DNA of 64,000 bases from Halobacteriota archaeon (lineage in GTDB: Archaea > Halobacteriota > Bog-38 > Methanoflorentales > Methanoflorentaceae). The first letter of the stretch is position 1. Each line of letters starts with the position of its first letter. Shown here one piece after another: positions 48,776 to 58,130 of this stretch. The notes beneath the pieces were generated by a model. The model was not told the origin of the DNA. It worked only from the letters and a program-made list of their open reading frames with translations, and did no database searches. Both the position numbers and the translations under genes were made by a program. The stretch is from NCBI GenBank assembly GCA_050011655.1, contig JBEKIR010000001.1, forward strand, positions 4,519-68,518, given 5' to 3'.

Positions 48776-49831
48776 CTAAGCGCCTCTCTTTCCTCGTATC
48801 TTGTTCCTCAGTGCCTTTTTCGACGTCACATCGCCGACTACAAACCCATCGGCATCGAATTGCGGCACGTCCTCGGTTGAACCAGGAGAATTTTTCTCCC
48901 TGGCTCTTTCAGGGTCTTCAGGCGCCCGTTCAGACGCGTCCACTGCTATCCTTCTAGCCGGCCGTCGTCCAGAGACTGCGTCAGACGCATTGTCGTGTGA
49001 GCGGTCTGCTGACGGTGACTCATAATGCAATGCAAGAGGATCGGACACGCCGCTGCCTCCAGCCGGATAGCCGTCTCTCCTAAAATGATCTTCCTCGTAG
49101 CGGTCTTCTCCCGACCTGTTTTGCGAGAAGACAAAAAAGAGGGCGATGGTTACGAGCGCGGTAATTGCGATTACAAAATATACCCAGCTATTGAGATGGG
49201 TTAGAATATCGCCAGCGTTATACGTCCCGGGATCTCCTGCTTTTCCTGCTGCTGCGCTAGCAGGGGGGGGGCTTGCGATTGCAAGCGTTGCTGCGTTTTG
49301 CTGTGTATCATAGGGGGGTGTCGCATGATCTGATGGATCGGTCCCTTTCTTATAAACGACCACACCGATCGTATAACTACCCTCTGGCAAACTCTTTGGA
49401 GTGAACGTTACGGAACGCGTTTCGTCCACCTTTAACGCCACCACGGCGCTGTCTGAGGTTACGTTTGCGCCAGCCGTATCCTTATAAATGACGTCAACTC
49501 GGACCCCATCGAGAGCGACTTTCCCGTTCTGTAACGTAACGATAACTTGTGGCGTCGCGGCAGATAGTCCAGTAGTAGTAGTTTTTACCGCTGCGATTTT
49601 GACAGACGGCGCCGCAGCTTGTTGCGGCGCTAACGGATTGATGTCTTCCAATCGCTTTGTGAAGTTGTTGTACAGGCTGTCAATTTGGTTGAAAATGTTC
49701 CCGCCCGTATCTAGCTGTGCAACGGTTGCTAGGCGTGGATTGACCACTGTCGCTTCTGCCAGTGGTGCGAATGCTACGAGCGCAATAAATGCCCAACTCA
49801 GTGACAGTGCCAGCACTGCGAATCGACGCAT
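48776..49831 (-). CDS. type I membrane protein: signal peptide, extracellular domain, single TM, charged cytoplasmic tail
   Basis: hydrophobic N-terminus, TM WVYFVIAITALVTIALFFVF, Asp/Arg-rich tail; no recognisable family. Confidence 0.45.
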   Translation of the reverse strand: MRRFAVLALSLSWAFIALVAFAPLAEATVVNPRLATVAQLDTGGNIFNQIDSLYNNFTKRLEDINPLAPQQAAAPSVKIAAVKTTTTGLSAATPQVIVTLQNGKVALDGVRVDVIYKDTAGANVTSDSAVVALKVDETRSVTFTPKSLPEGSYTIGVVVYKKGTDPSDHATPPYDTQQNAATLAIASPPPASAAAGKAGDPGTYNAGDILTHLNSWVYFVIAITALVTIALFFVFSQNRSGEDRYEEDHFRRDGYPAGGSGVSDPLALHYESPSADRSHDNASDAVSGRRPARRIAVDASERAPEDPERAREKNSPGSTEDVPQFDADGFVVGDVTSKKALRNKIRGKRGA

Positions 49832-50021
49832 ATCCTAAATCAGCCTTCTTCTTTGCGTGTACGTTCCGCCGAGGACTTAACGATTGTGTATAGCGCGCTG
49901 CGTCTCATGGAATCACAACGACGGAGGCGAAAGTGACCGACCATCCAAAAAAAGCCGCCGCCAGTGTTCTTGCCGTTTAAAGGCTTAACTTTTAAAGCAC
50001 GCGGTTGGCCGCACCACCCGT

Positions 50022-50858
50022 TTAAAGCAAGACTTTGACGAGGTCTGAATCCTTTATGATCCCTTCAAGTTTTTCGTCTGCGGTGACCACCGGTAAAAGC
50101 TCAACGTCGAAACGCCGCATTTGTCTCGCGCATTCGCTTATTCCTGTTTTGTGATAAATTGATTCGTATTCGGCCATCATTATATCCTTTACCGGCACGC
50201 TCGGAAGCTCTACTCTGGAAACACCATAGTACAGACTCATCGTATCCCTGACCGCTTCCCAGGTCCACGCGTCCTCATCCGAGCCGGCGGATAGATCCGC
50301 CTTTTCGATTGTATCTTCGATCTTGCTGGCTTTCAAAAGGGCGCTTTCTGTAACGATGCCAACAACCTTGCTTGCCGAATCAAGCACTGGGCTCGCGTCG
50401 GCATTTGCAAGTTTCATGATTTCGCCTACAACATCAACGGGCGTCATTTGCCAAACTGCGACTATTTCGCGAATGATATAATCATCAACGGGTGTCCCAA
50501 TATCCATATCCGCTATCGCGCTTACGATATCCGTTACCGTAATGAAACCGACGAGGTCCGAGTCATCCACAACTGGCATCCGCCTGATGATATTTTCTAC
50601 GAGAGTACGAGCCGCATCGTTGATCGCCGCGTTCGGAGTCACAAAAACGGGCTGTCTTGTCATGAGAAGTGCTATTTGGTCCTCCTCCGGGTTTCGAAAT
50701 ATGTCTCCTCGCGTGACTATGCCTACAAGCTTGTGATTCTTCACAACCGGTAAACTTGTTATCCCTTTGTCCTTCATAATTTTGAGAGCCGTATCTCGCG
50801 ATCCCGGAACCTCAACGAAGACGACGTCCCTCGTCATCACATCTTCGACTTTCATCAT
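50022..50858 (-). CDS. CBS-domain protein (four CBS motifs)
   Basis: two Bateman modules; repeated V....D/G...G[IV][IV]T..D[IL] patterns. Confidence 0.8.
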   Translation of the reverse strand: MMKVEDVMTRDVVFVEVPGSRDTALKIMKDKGITSLPVVKNHKLVGIVTRGDIFRNPEEDQIALLMTRQPVFVTPNAAINDAARTLVENIIRRMPVVDDSDLVGFITVTDIVSAIADMDIGTPVDDYIIREIVAVWQMTPVDVVGEIMKLANADASPVLDSASKVVGIVTESALLKASKIEDTIEKADLSAGSDEDAWTWEAVRDTMSLYYGVSRVELPSVPVKDIMMAEYESIYHKTGISECARQMRRFDVELLPVVTADEKLEGIIKDSDLVKVLL

Positions 50859-51042
50859 CTTGGAACCTCAGTACCCGCGACGCAGTTCCAATACCAACGG
50901 GTCGCGAGCGCGTAGCTTTGAAATCGGCAACATAAATACCCATTTGCACGCCGACCATTCTGAGCACGTGCGCGTGTTGCCTGCTGGCCGCGAAGCCTTG
51001 CAGGCTCTATGCCTTGCAGGCTCTAATAGTCGAAGTTCACGT

Positions 51043-52143
51043 TTAAGCACCTTGCCCCCCGTAAGTGAGAAGAGCGATGTCATCGGGACGAGCTCTTCTA
51101 ACCACGCTACTTATGATGTTCTTAGTCCCGAAGAGGTTATTTGACCGGTCGTTGAGGACTAGGAGACTAGCTTTCTTGCCAAGATCAATAGAGCCAATTT
51201 CGTTAGCAACCCCCATTATCTTAGCATTGTTTAGTGTTGCCATTTCGAGCACTTTGCGGTCGTTGCGCAAAAACGCTTTTGATGTGAACTCCATTTCTGC
51301 AAACATGTTGAGTGAGTTGAACATCACGTTGTCTGTGCCGAGCCCAACGGTGGTTGTCTGCAGCATTTGAGCTATTGGCGGGTGCAGAAAAGGCAATCCA
51401 ACGCCAGTAACTAGGTTTGACCTGGGACACACCACGATGGGAATGCCGCTTTCAATCTGGTGCTGAGATGCGTAGGTCATATGAATGAGACAATCGGGAT
51501 TCAAAGCGATAGCGGAATCAATATCAGAAGCATCTTTTTCGCCTGCGTGAATGGCAACAAACTTGCGGCGTGTGCGTGCCTTGGCGATCATTGCTTTCAG
51601 TGATGAATTGCTAACATCGCTACTTCCGCTTACCCCAAGGCCGTGCGTGATATCGAGAATAGTATCAATCTCATCTTCTACTATATAATCCCGTCCGTTA
51701 TTTGGCCGACCAAGAATCATCACCTGTACTTTTTTCACTGAGCGGGTTGCAGTTTTCAGCGCGTTAGCGCCGACGGCACCCCCCTCCCTAAAATCGGCCA
51801 GCGCGATCGTCCCACTCGCTAGAGCGTCTAGAAGTGACTTGCGCATCGCTTCGATCAACGCTCTCGGTGCTGCGTCGCGTAATGCGCGGTGCTTCAACCC
51901 GTGAGGAGGTTTTACGAGAGTATCAAGGCTACCGAACGGCACGTCTTTGATTATAGAATCTCCGAGATGGGTGTGCGCGTTGATCAAAGCAGGCATGATT
52001 ATTCCACTTGCCCTGCAGTTATCTGGCTTAACATCTGACCGCTCTTCTATTTCGGCGATTCTGCCTGATTCCACGTGGACGTAGCCCGTTATCACTTCAA
52101 AATCGCAGCCGTTTAGTATCCTTCCACCGACGACGTAGTCCAT
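51043..52143 (-). CDS. metal-dependent amidohydrolase (chlorohydrolase/nucleoside deaminase-like subfamily)
   Basis: N-terminal ALINAHTHL metal-binding motif, 366 aa TIM-barrel amidohydrolase. Confidence 0.7.
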   Translation of the reverse strand: MDYVVGGRILNGCDFEVITGYVHVESGRIAEIEERSDVKPDNCRASGIIMPALINAHTHLGDSIIKDVPFGSLDTLVKPPHGLKHRALRDAAPRALIEAMRKSLLDALASGTIALADFREGGAVGANALKTATRSVKKVQVMILGRPNNGRDYIVEDEIDTILDITHGLGVSGSSDVSNSSLKAMIAKARTRRKFVAIHAGEKDASDIDSAIALNPDCLIHMTYASQHQIESGIPIVVCPRSNLVTGVGLPFLHPPIAQMLQTTTVGLGTDNVMFNSLNMFAEMEFTSKAFLRNDRKVLEMATLNNAKIMGVANEIGSIDLGKKASLLVLNDRSNNLFGTKNIISSVVRRARPDDIALLTYGGQGA

Positions 52144-52180
52144 AGCAACGTATAAGTCATAGCAAACTGTATTTGAACCT

Positions 52181-52351
52181 ATGGCGAAAGGGAAGCGCCA
52201 AACAGCAGGACCTATGTCAAGCGCTGGTTTGGTGCGATACTACGAATCAGAAGATAAGAACGCCATACACATCAACCCTCGCTCAATCCTCGTCGCGTGC
52301 GTCCTCTCCGCAGCAATCATACTGGCGTTGAATTTCATGGTTGCTCGGTAA
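52181..52351 (+). CDS. secG: preprotein translocase subunit SecG/Sec61beta; absent from ORF track (<60 aa)
   Basis: manual translation MAKGKRQTAGPMSSAGLVRYYESEDKNAIHINPRSILVACVLSAAIILALNFMVAR: basic N-terminus, GPMSSAGL.RYY motif, C-terminal TM. Confidence 0.7.
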   Translation: MAKGKRQTAGPMSSAGLVRYYESEDKNAIHINPRSILVACVLSAAIILALNFMVAR

Positions 52352-52369
52352 CGGGCTTGGCATTTGAGC

Positions 52370-52376
52370 TTTTTTT
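52370..52376 (+). terminator. oligo-T archaeal terminator after secG
   Basis: T7 run 19 nt downstream of secG stop. Confidence 0.4.
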
Positions 52377-53341
52377 ACCGAACGAGCGCCTTGGGGACGA
52401 GTCGCTATGGCTTTGGGCGAATCCAGAGCATTTTTGTGGGAAGATTTGAACACAGCTGCCTGGAAAGCATCAAAGAAACGCTTAGAGACGATTTGCATTT
52501 TAACGTCGGTCCGATCAAGACGCACTCGCGCAGATCGCACTAGATCTCATTTCCGCTTGAAGTAGATGGCGGGGGGGCTTGCCGACATAGCCTCTTAGCG
52601 AGAGTTGTCAATGAAAAAGCAGTGCACAACTTTAATTACGTTTTTGAGTTTGGAAACGTGCGTTCTCGCGCGTTGCGCAAAAAAAGCAGGTTATTTCGAC
52701 ACGCCTCCTCTCCATTAAAGATTCTTCGCTGCGCAGCTGATACCTTAAAAAATGCAGGCGACCGGCATCTGTACTCCCGCCCCCAGATTGGTCCAGCTAA
52801 ACCTCAAGCGCACTCTTGATCCTAGAACATTTAGATTGCATCCCTCTTGGCGTGGCGGCCCTACAACGGGAGAGCACCTGTACCGCAACAAGGACTGTCC
52901 GGCGTTTGCGAGACAAAACTCGTTCACGGAACATAAAGCTTGATAACCTGGTGCCTGCGAAACGCTCGGAAATTATTTGTTCGACTGCCTTAAGCGCAAG
53001 GACTCACTTCAACAAGAGTCAAACCACAATCTGACTAGCCCTATTTACAGCTTAAGCCGCAAGCTCAATCCCGGCGACGGCCTTAGGCAAAGCAATTTTT
53101 TACCGTACCAGAAATTGAAGCCGCTATAGCGCTGCGATATGTGGCTGCTACCCAAATTGATGGGATGGCTGACAAGAATATCGGCAATCAAATTAGTCTA
53201 GCGGCGGAATGCATTTGACCATTTTAAAAAACTCTAGCTGTCCGTTCGGTTTTGTAGGCGATGTTTTCCGACAGCGCCAACAGAAGGTCTGACGACGCAG
53301 TGTAAGGACTTAATAGTAGAGATACATACAAATGAAGGTTC

Positions 53342-53842
53342 ATGGTCCGCTTGACACGAAATCTGATTCGAATCTCGTTTTTGGTGATCGCACTCCTGTT
53401 AACGGCTACCTATGGCATGGCAAGCGTGCAGAAGCAGGCCGACCCTTGGCTCGATCCCGTTGTGACTAAAGGAGAGCTCGACTCTGCCTCGTGGATCAAT
53501 GCTAACACTAAACCTACGGATCATTTCCAGGCGGATATCTTCGGCGGAGAGCTAATAATGGGGATGACCGCCCGCATTCCTATAGTTGGTGGCGACTGGT
53601 CCAACGCGCCAAATCCCATTGCAGATATGAATGCCTCGCAGCAGATCTACCAAACGCCCAGCGCGATCGAGGCTTATGCTTTGTGCAAACAGTACAACCT
53701 GACCTATGTTTTCGTTCCGCTCAACAGACTAGTTTTCTGCGGATTTGGCTGGATATCAGTTAACGCGACGAAATTTGATAACAGCGAATACTTCAGGCTT
53801 CAATATTCAAATGAGGATGTTCGAATCTATCGCGTGGCTTAA
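53342..53842 (+). CDS. membrane-anchored extracytoplasmic domain protein homologous to C-terminal domain of downstream GT-C glycosyltransferase
   Basis: N-terminal TM; domain aligns with C-terminus of 54949..56892 (W..T...F.A...I..T.R....YN.TYVFV....YF...YSN..V.IYRV vs ...HNVSYVFVGS...YFQSVYSNPMVTIYKV). Confidence 0.55.
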   Translation: MVRLTRNLIRISFLVIALLLTATYGMASVQKQADPWLDPVVTKGELDSASWINANTKPTDHFQADIFGGELIMGMTARIPIVGGDWSNAPNPIADMNASQQIYQTPSAIEAYALCKQYNLTYVFVPLNRLVFCGFGWISVNATKFDNSEYFRLQYSNEDVRIYRVA

Positions 53843-54941
53843 CAAAGCAAAAATTCGCGAACGTTTTACATCGCTTGACGCTGTGACCGTTCTCAGATAC
53901 GTCGCAATTCTCGCTCTGTTCACCTTGTTCGTGAGTTATCGTCTGAATGTCCTGGGGGGCTACGTGATACCTACGTACGGAAATACCATGTATCACGTGG
54001 GAATAGAACGGGTTACGCTGGAAACGGGCCACTACCCGACGCAGGAGCTCTCATACAACGGAGGCTTTCCAAACTTTTACGTTCCCGCATACCGGCTGCT
54101 CATAGTGTCGCAGTCGGCGTTTTCTGGAATAGATCCAATGGTGATGTCAGGGCTGATGACGATCGCGCTGGCGGCCGCCGTATCTGGGGTAATTTACGCA
54201 TTCTCGAAGCAGCTTGTAGGAGCGAGCGCAGCCGTTTGCGCTCTACTCTTCCTCACGCTGTCGCCAGGAATGACTATCTTCACGATTCGTGCATTGCCAG
54301 AGCTCCTTGGGCTCGTTATGTTTCCGCTGACTCTCTTTTTTATTCTGAAAAACAGAGCGGAAGGCCCTTTTCAGTTCAACGGATACGTGGCGCTCTCCAT
54401 CATCGCAGCCGCAGTAACGGCGCTGACGCATCAAATCACGCTCCTCGTCCTAGCTCTCGTTTTGGCAGTGTATGCCCTCACACAGATCAAAAACAGAAAC
54501 GAGTTTCTTAAGGCAATCGTCCCCCTCGTTGCATTGATTGCGGTCTATGGGTTGTGGCAAGTCTATTCTTTGCATACCTTAAGCATACTGGGGATTGCTC
54601 AAGTCAAGTATCACGAAGGCACCCCGGTCGATTTCTTCGCGAGCGCGTTTAGCGTGGGATTCTTCGATGAAGCTGGCCTTCTTGTCCTCCCTTTTTCGGC
54701 TATCGGGCTTTTCTGGCTTGAAAGAAACAAGGTCGACAAGCGGTTCTTGGTGTACTCGTGGGTCATAGCTACCCTCTTGCTCACAAAGAACGATTTGCTT
54801 GGAATTGATATATTCATGGACAGATTTCTGACCTTCTTTATTGAGTCGTTGATTATCGTAGGCGGAATTGGAACATTTGCAGTCCTGCAGTTCCTCGACG
54901 CCCGCATCGGAAGCGCCATTGAGCGGAATTCAGAAACGTAA
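53745..54941 (+). CDS. polytopic membrane protein, GT-C-fold glycosyltransferase-like TM core lacking C-terminal domain (true start probably downstream of 53745)
   Basis: about 11 TM helices; paralogous organisation to 54949..56892 TM region. Confidence 0.5.
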   Translation: MAGYQLTRRNLITANTSGFNIQMRMFESIAWLNKAKIRERFTSLDAVTVLRYVAILALFTLFVSYRLNVLGGYVIPTYGNTMYHVGIERVTLETGHYPTQELSYNGGFPNFYVPAYRLLIVSQSAFSGIDPMVMSGLMTIALAAAVSGVIYAFSKQLVGASAAVCALLFLTLSPGMTIFTIRALPELLGLVMFPLTLFFILKNRAEGPFQFNGYVALSIIAAAVTALTHQITLLVLALVLAVYALTQIKNRNEFLKAIVPLVALIAVYGLWQVYSLHTLSILGIAQVKYHEGTPVDFFASAFSVGFFDEAGLLVLPFSAIGLFWLERNKVDKRFLVYSWVIATLLLTKNDLLGIDIFMDRFLTFFIESLIIVGGIGTFAVLQFLDARIGSAIERNSET

Positions 54942-54948
54942 GTGAACC

Positions 54949-56892
54949 ATGATACGGCCGCAGCTCTTTCCATATCAGTGCTGGACGGCAGCTACTGGAG
55001 TACTCCTGCTGCTCCCTTTGCAGTCTTTTTCACTTCCATTACTCTTTATCCTGCCTGGTCTTGGTTTCTACGTGCTTTATAAAGCCGGCAAGCAAATAGG
55101 CATTTTAGAGGCCATAAGTTACTCCATTTCTCTAACGCTCGTGTTAGCGCCGACCGCAGCGACACTGCTGTACCTTACTGGCGTCGGCGTCGCAATGACT
55201 GGAGCATTCCTCGGGCTCGCAGTCATCACAAGCTCGATATTGTCATATGTTTTTCGAAGAAATAGCGTAAAACCGCCCGAAGTCAACAACATGACAGACA
55301 GGGACAGTCACAAGTTGGTGTTTCTCGCGCTTCCCATCCTGCTTGCAGTTGTACTCGCGCTGGTCGTCAGCGTTCCCCTCTCTAGATCACCAGTCGTTGG
55401 CGATGAAGGGCTAGTGATGAATCCCACGGAAGCGGGTGACCTAAACTTCCACCTTTCTATCATAGCACGATTCGTTGAATCCCCACACGTACCGCCGGAA
55501 GACCCATATCTCCCATCGCATTATGTGGTTTACGATTTTTTCATGCACGTCTATGTGGGGACACTGAGCGTTGTGACCGGCATTAGTTCCCTGACGATCT
55601 TTAAGATCACGGTTCCACTTCTCTTCTTTGCCCTTTCAATAAACATCTACGTGCTGTGTAGAAGGACGTTCAATACCGCAACTGCCTTAATCGCGATGAT
55701 CTTGTACACGCTCGGTGGGGGGCTCGCCTGGATTTTAATACTCGCTCAAAGGCCAAGCGATGTTTTTCCCTACCTGATTTATCAGTTTACCGACGCTGCG
55801 GCTGTTAAATATGATCAGACTCTGCTGTACTATTTGCTGCCACAAACTCAAACATTTGCTTTGGTAATTCTTACATTTGCGTTCACTTTATGGGTAACTC
55901 TGATAAAGGAACACAAAGTACGAAATTTGTTGCTTTTTGGGCTCACGCTGGGCGTCCTGCCATATTATCATCTTATAACCGCGTTTCCATTGTATCTGGC
56001 AGTTGGCATTTACGTGGTTTACAAATATGCAAGAAGACAAGTCACGTGCGCGCAGTATCATGCGGGCGCTCTCGCAGTCGGGGGTGCTATCGCATCCCCG
56101 CTTCTATTCTTGCTTATCGGGGGACCAGCTCAAGTTACATTGGCGTTTTCAACGTATTCGCTCTTTTTCATTTTTCTCGTATTCGGCCTTATCGCAATTC
56201 TTGCGTGTGCCGGAGCTTACCGGTCGTTGAACAATGAAGCAAGCAAACTGCTCCTGCTTTTTGCTTTTTCCGCCATAGTAGCGGTGAATTTCATCGCCCT
56301 TCCGCTCACTAATAACAGCTACCGGTTCTTGGTGTACTTGTGGCTTCCAGTCGCCCTTTTTGCCAGTTACTATATTTCGACCGTCGTAGCCGGATTGACA
56401 GCTGCACGCTCGTCCTCAGCAAAGATGTCTCTGAAAGTACTGGCTATTGTGGCAGCACTTCTGCTTGCGCTTCCCACGTCGTATCTGCTGTGGGACTTTT
56501 ATAACAGCGGGTCGTATGTTCTCGCTTCACGCGCTGAAGTACAAGCTTTGCAGTGGATAAAAGGAGATACCCCCAAAGACGCAATCTTTCTCGAAGCGCC
56601 GTCCACTTTTCCGCGCATTCCCATAGAAACCGGACGAAGGGTGGTTTTTGCCGGCTCCATCTATACGATTCAGTACCACGGCGTCGATTTACAAGCAGAG
56701 ATAGACGCACTCATGAACGAGCGCAGCCCCGAATCCTTGAGTCTCAGCCTTATGCAGCACAACGTGTCGTACGTTTTTGTGGGTTCGCGCGAACAACCGT
56801 ACGAGATTGCTACCACTCTCAAAGATACTAACTATTTTCAGAGCGTGTATTCAAATCCTATGGTTACTATATACAAAGTGAAGAACAGTTAG
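54949..56892 (+). CDS. GT-C-fold membrane glycosyltransferase (ArnT/PMT/AglB-like superfamily) with C-terminal extracytoplasmic domain
   Basis: 647 aa, 13+ TM helices, acidic GDE in first large loop, about 130-aa soluble C-terminal domain. Confidence 0.55.
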   Translation: MIRPQLFPYQCWTAATGVLLLLPLQSFSLPLLFILPGLGFYVLYKAGKQIGILEAISYSISLTLVLAPTAATLLYLTGVGVAMTGAFLGLAVITSSILSYVFRRNSVKPPEVNNMTDRDSHKLVFLALPILLAVVLALVVSVPLSRSPVVGDEGLVMNPTEAGDLNFHLSIIARFVESPHVPPEDPYLPSHYVVYDFFMHVYVGTLSVVTGISSLTIFKITVPLLFFALSINIYVLCRRTFNTATALIAMILYTLGGGLAWILILAQRPSDVFPYLIYQFTDAAAVKYDQTLLYYLLPQTQTFALVILTFAFTLWVTLIKEHKVRNLLLFGLTLGVLPYYHLITAFPLYLAVGIYVVYKYARRQVTCAQYHAGALAVGGAIASPLLFLLIGGPAQVTLAFSTYSLFFIFLVFGLIAILACAGAYRSLNNEASKLLLLFAFSAIVAVNFIALPLTNNSYRFLVYLWLPVALFASYYISTVVAGLTAARSSSAKMSLKVLAIVAALLLALPTSYLLWDFYNSGSYVLASRAEVQALQWIKGDTPKDAIFLEAPSTFPRIPIETGRRVVFAGSIYTIQYHGVDLQAEIDALMNERSPESLSLSLMQHNVSYVFVGSREQPYEIATTLKDTNYFQSVYSNPMVTIYKVKNS

Positions 56893-56953
56893 GCTCCGCA
56901 TTACCGAACCGGAGGCTGCTGAAGACCTTTAGTGCAACAGGGAGAGCCTCGTC

Positions 56954-57277
56954 GTGTATATTGACTTTTCAAGCATCTTACTCTTCATTCTTGGAATAGT
57001 CTACTTGGTTTTGCTTCCGGGCTATTTGATCCTTGTCGGCCTCAAAGTACGCGATCTTGACGTGATTGAGACGCTGGCCGCATCTTTTGGCACAGGGGTG
57101 GGGGTCCTAACAGCAATTTCAGTCGCACTCAGCTTAGCGGGTAGTGTAGGCCTAACGGCTTCGAGCCTGGTGTCGGCCAACACAGCAGTTTTAGTTGTGT
57201 TGTGCTCCGCTTTAGTTTATATGAGGCACAAGCATAAAAAAACAAACAAACCATCAAGCACATCAGAAGCGCAATAA
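56954..57277 (+). CDS. small hypothetical membrane protein (3 TM)
   Basis: 107 aa, three hydrophobic helices, basic C-terminus. Confidence 0.4.
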   Translation: MYIDFSSILLFILGIVYLVLLPGYLILVGLKVRDLDVIETLAASFGTGVGVLTAISVALSLAGSVGLTASSLVSANTAVLVVLCSALVYMRHKHKKTNKPSSTSEAQ

Positions 57278-57298
57278 TCCAAAGCTGGCGTTAGCGAA

Positions 57299-57892
57299 TT
57301 GACCTATCGACCTATGAAGGACGTTGAAGTATTTTTCGTCGGGAGAGCGAATGCGGGCAAGTCAGCGGTACTTAAAGAGCTTTTTGGGCTAAAAACGCGA
57401 GTGGGAAGACGTCCGGGCGTGACAAGAGCGCCAGTGAGGTATCAACTTGATAGTTTTACAGTCATAGATTTGCCTGGAATCGGATTCCGGCGTGGGCTGA
57501 ACGGTTACCGACGCGTGCTGCGCGACGTTATCGACGGCGAACGGCACAAGCTAAGACCGCTGTCATTGGGCGTGCAAGTCATCGATGGAAAATCATTCTT
57601 AGAGACTACAGAGCGGCATTTCAAGCCTCTTGACGTTGATCTGTTCGAATATTTGCTCGATTCTGAGATTGACCCTATCGTTGCAATCAACAAAATGGAC
57701 AAGATCAAAGAGCCCGAACCCAGCTTAGACAAGATAGTGTCGCTGCTCGGAATGCTTCCCCCATACAAACAGTGGGCCGATCGCGTAGTGCCGATCAGCG
57801 CCAAACAACACGACGTCGCACAACTCAAGTGGCTAATTTCGCACCGGCTACAAGAGATGAAAAGCAAAACCGGGGAAAGCCAGGCGCTATAG
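57299..57892 (+). CDS. engB: GTP-binding protein EngB/YsxC family
   Basis: G1 GRANAGKS, G3 DLPG, G4 NKMD motifs. Confidence 0.8.
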   Translation: MTYRPMKDVEVFFVGRANAGKSAVLKELFGLKTRVGRRPGVTRAPVRYQLDSFTVIDLPGIGFRRGLNGYRRVLRDVIDGERHKLRPLSLGVQVIDGKSFLETTERHFKPLDVDLFEYLLDSEIDPIVAINKMDKIKEPEPSLDKIVSLLGMLPPYKQWADRVVPISAKQHDVAQLKWLISHRLQEMKSKTGESQAL

Positions 57893-58130
57893 CTTAGTCA
57901 ATGACGCCGCGGCTGCGACCTCACCTCTAGAGCGACGCCACCTCCTTATTACCATCTCGTCTCCGCGCCCGTCGCTCGTCATATGTGTTTTCACAAGTCG
58001 ATACGGTTTTTTGGCAATACGACTTCCCCTGGCCCAAAAATAGCTTCCGAACTAATCCGTGTTAATAGTCTACATGCGCACTATATCCTGCTACGCTTGC
58101 TAACATTGTATTAAGCAACGTATTTCACGT

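Noticed and set aside
52283-52540. 85-aa minus-strand ORF from the track
   Set aside because: It overlaps the conserved plus-strand secG/Sec61beta gene (52181-52351). Its sequence is low-complexity with no family resemblance. Treated as spurious.
52352-53341. Calling an SRP RNA or RNase P RNA gene in the ORF-free kilobase
   Set aside because: I could not locate the conserved SRP helix-8 (GGAAGG-AGCAGCC-like) or RNase P P4 (GGAAAGUCC) signatures on either strand by eye. Left as an unresolved finding rather than a feature.
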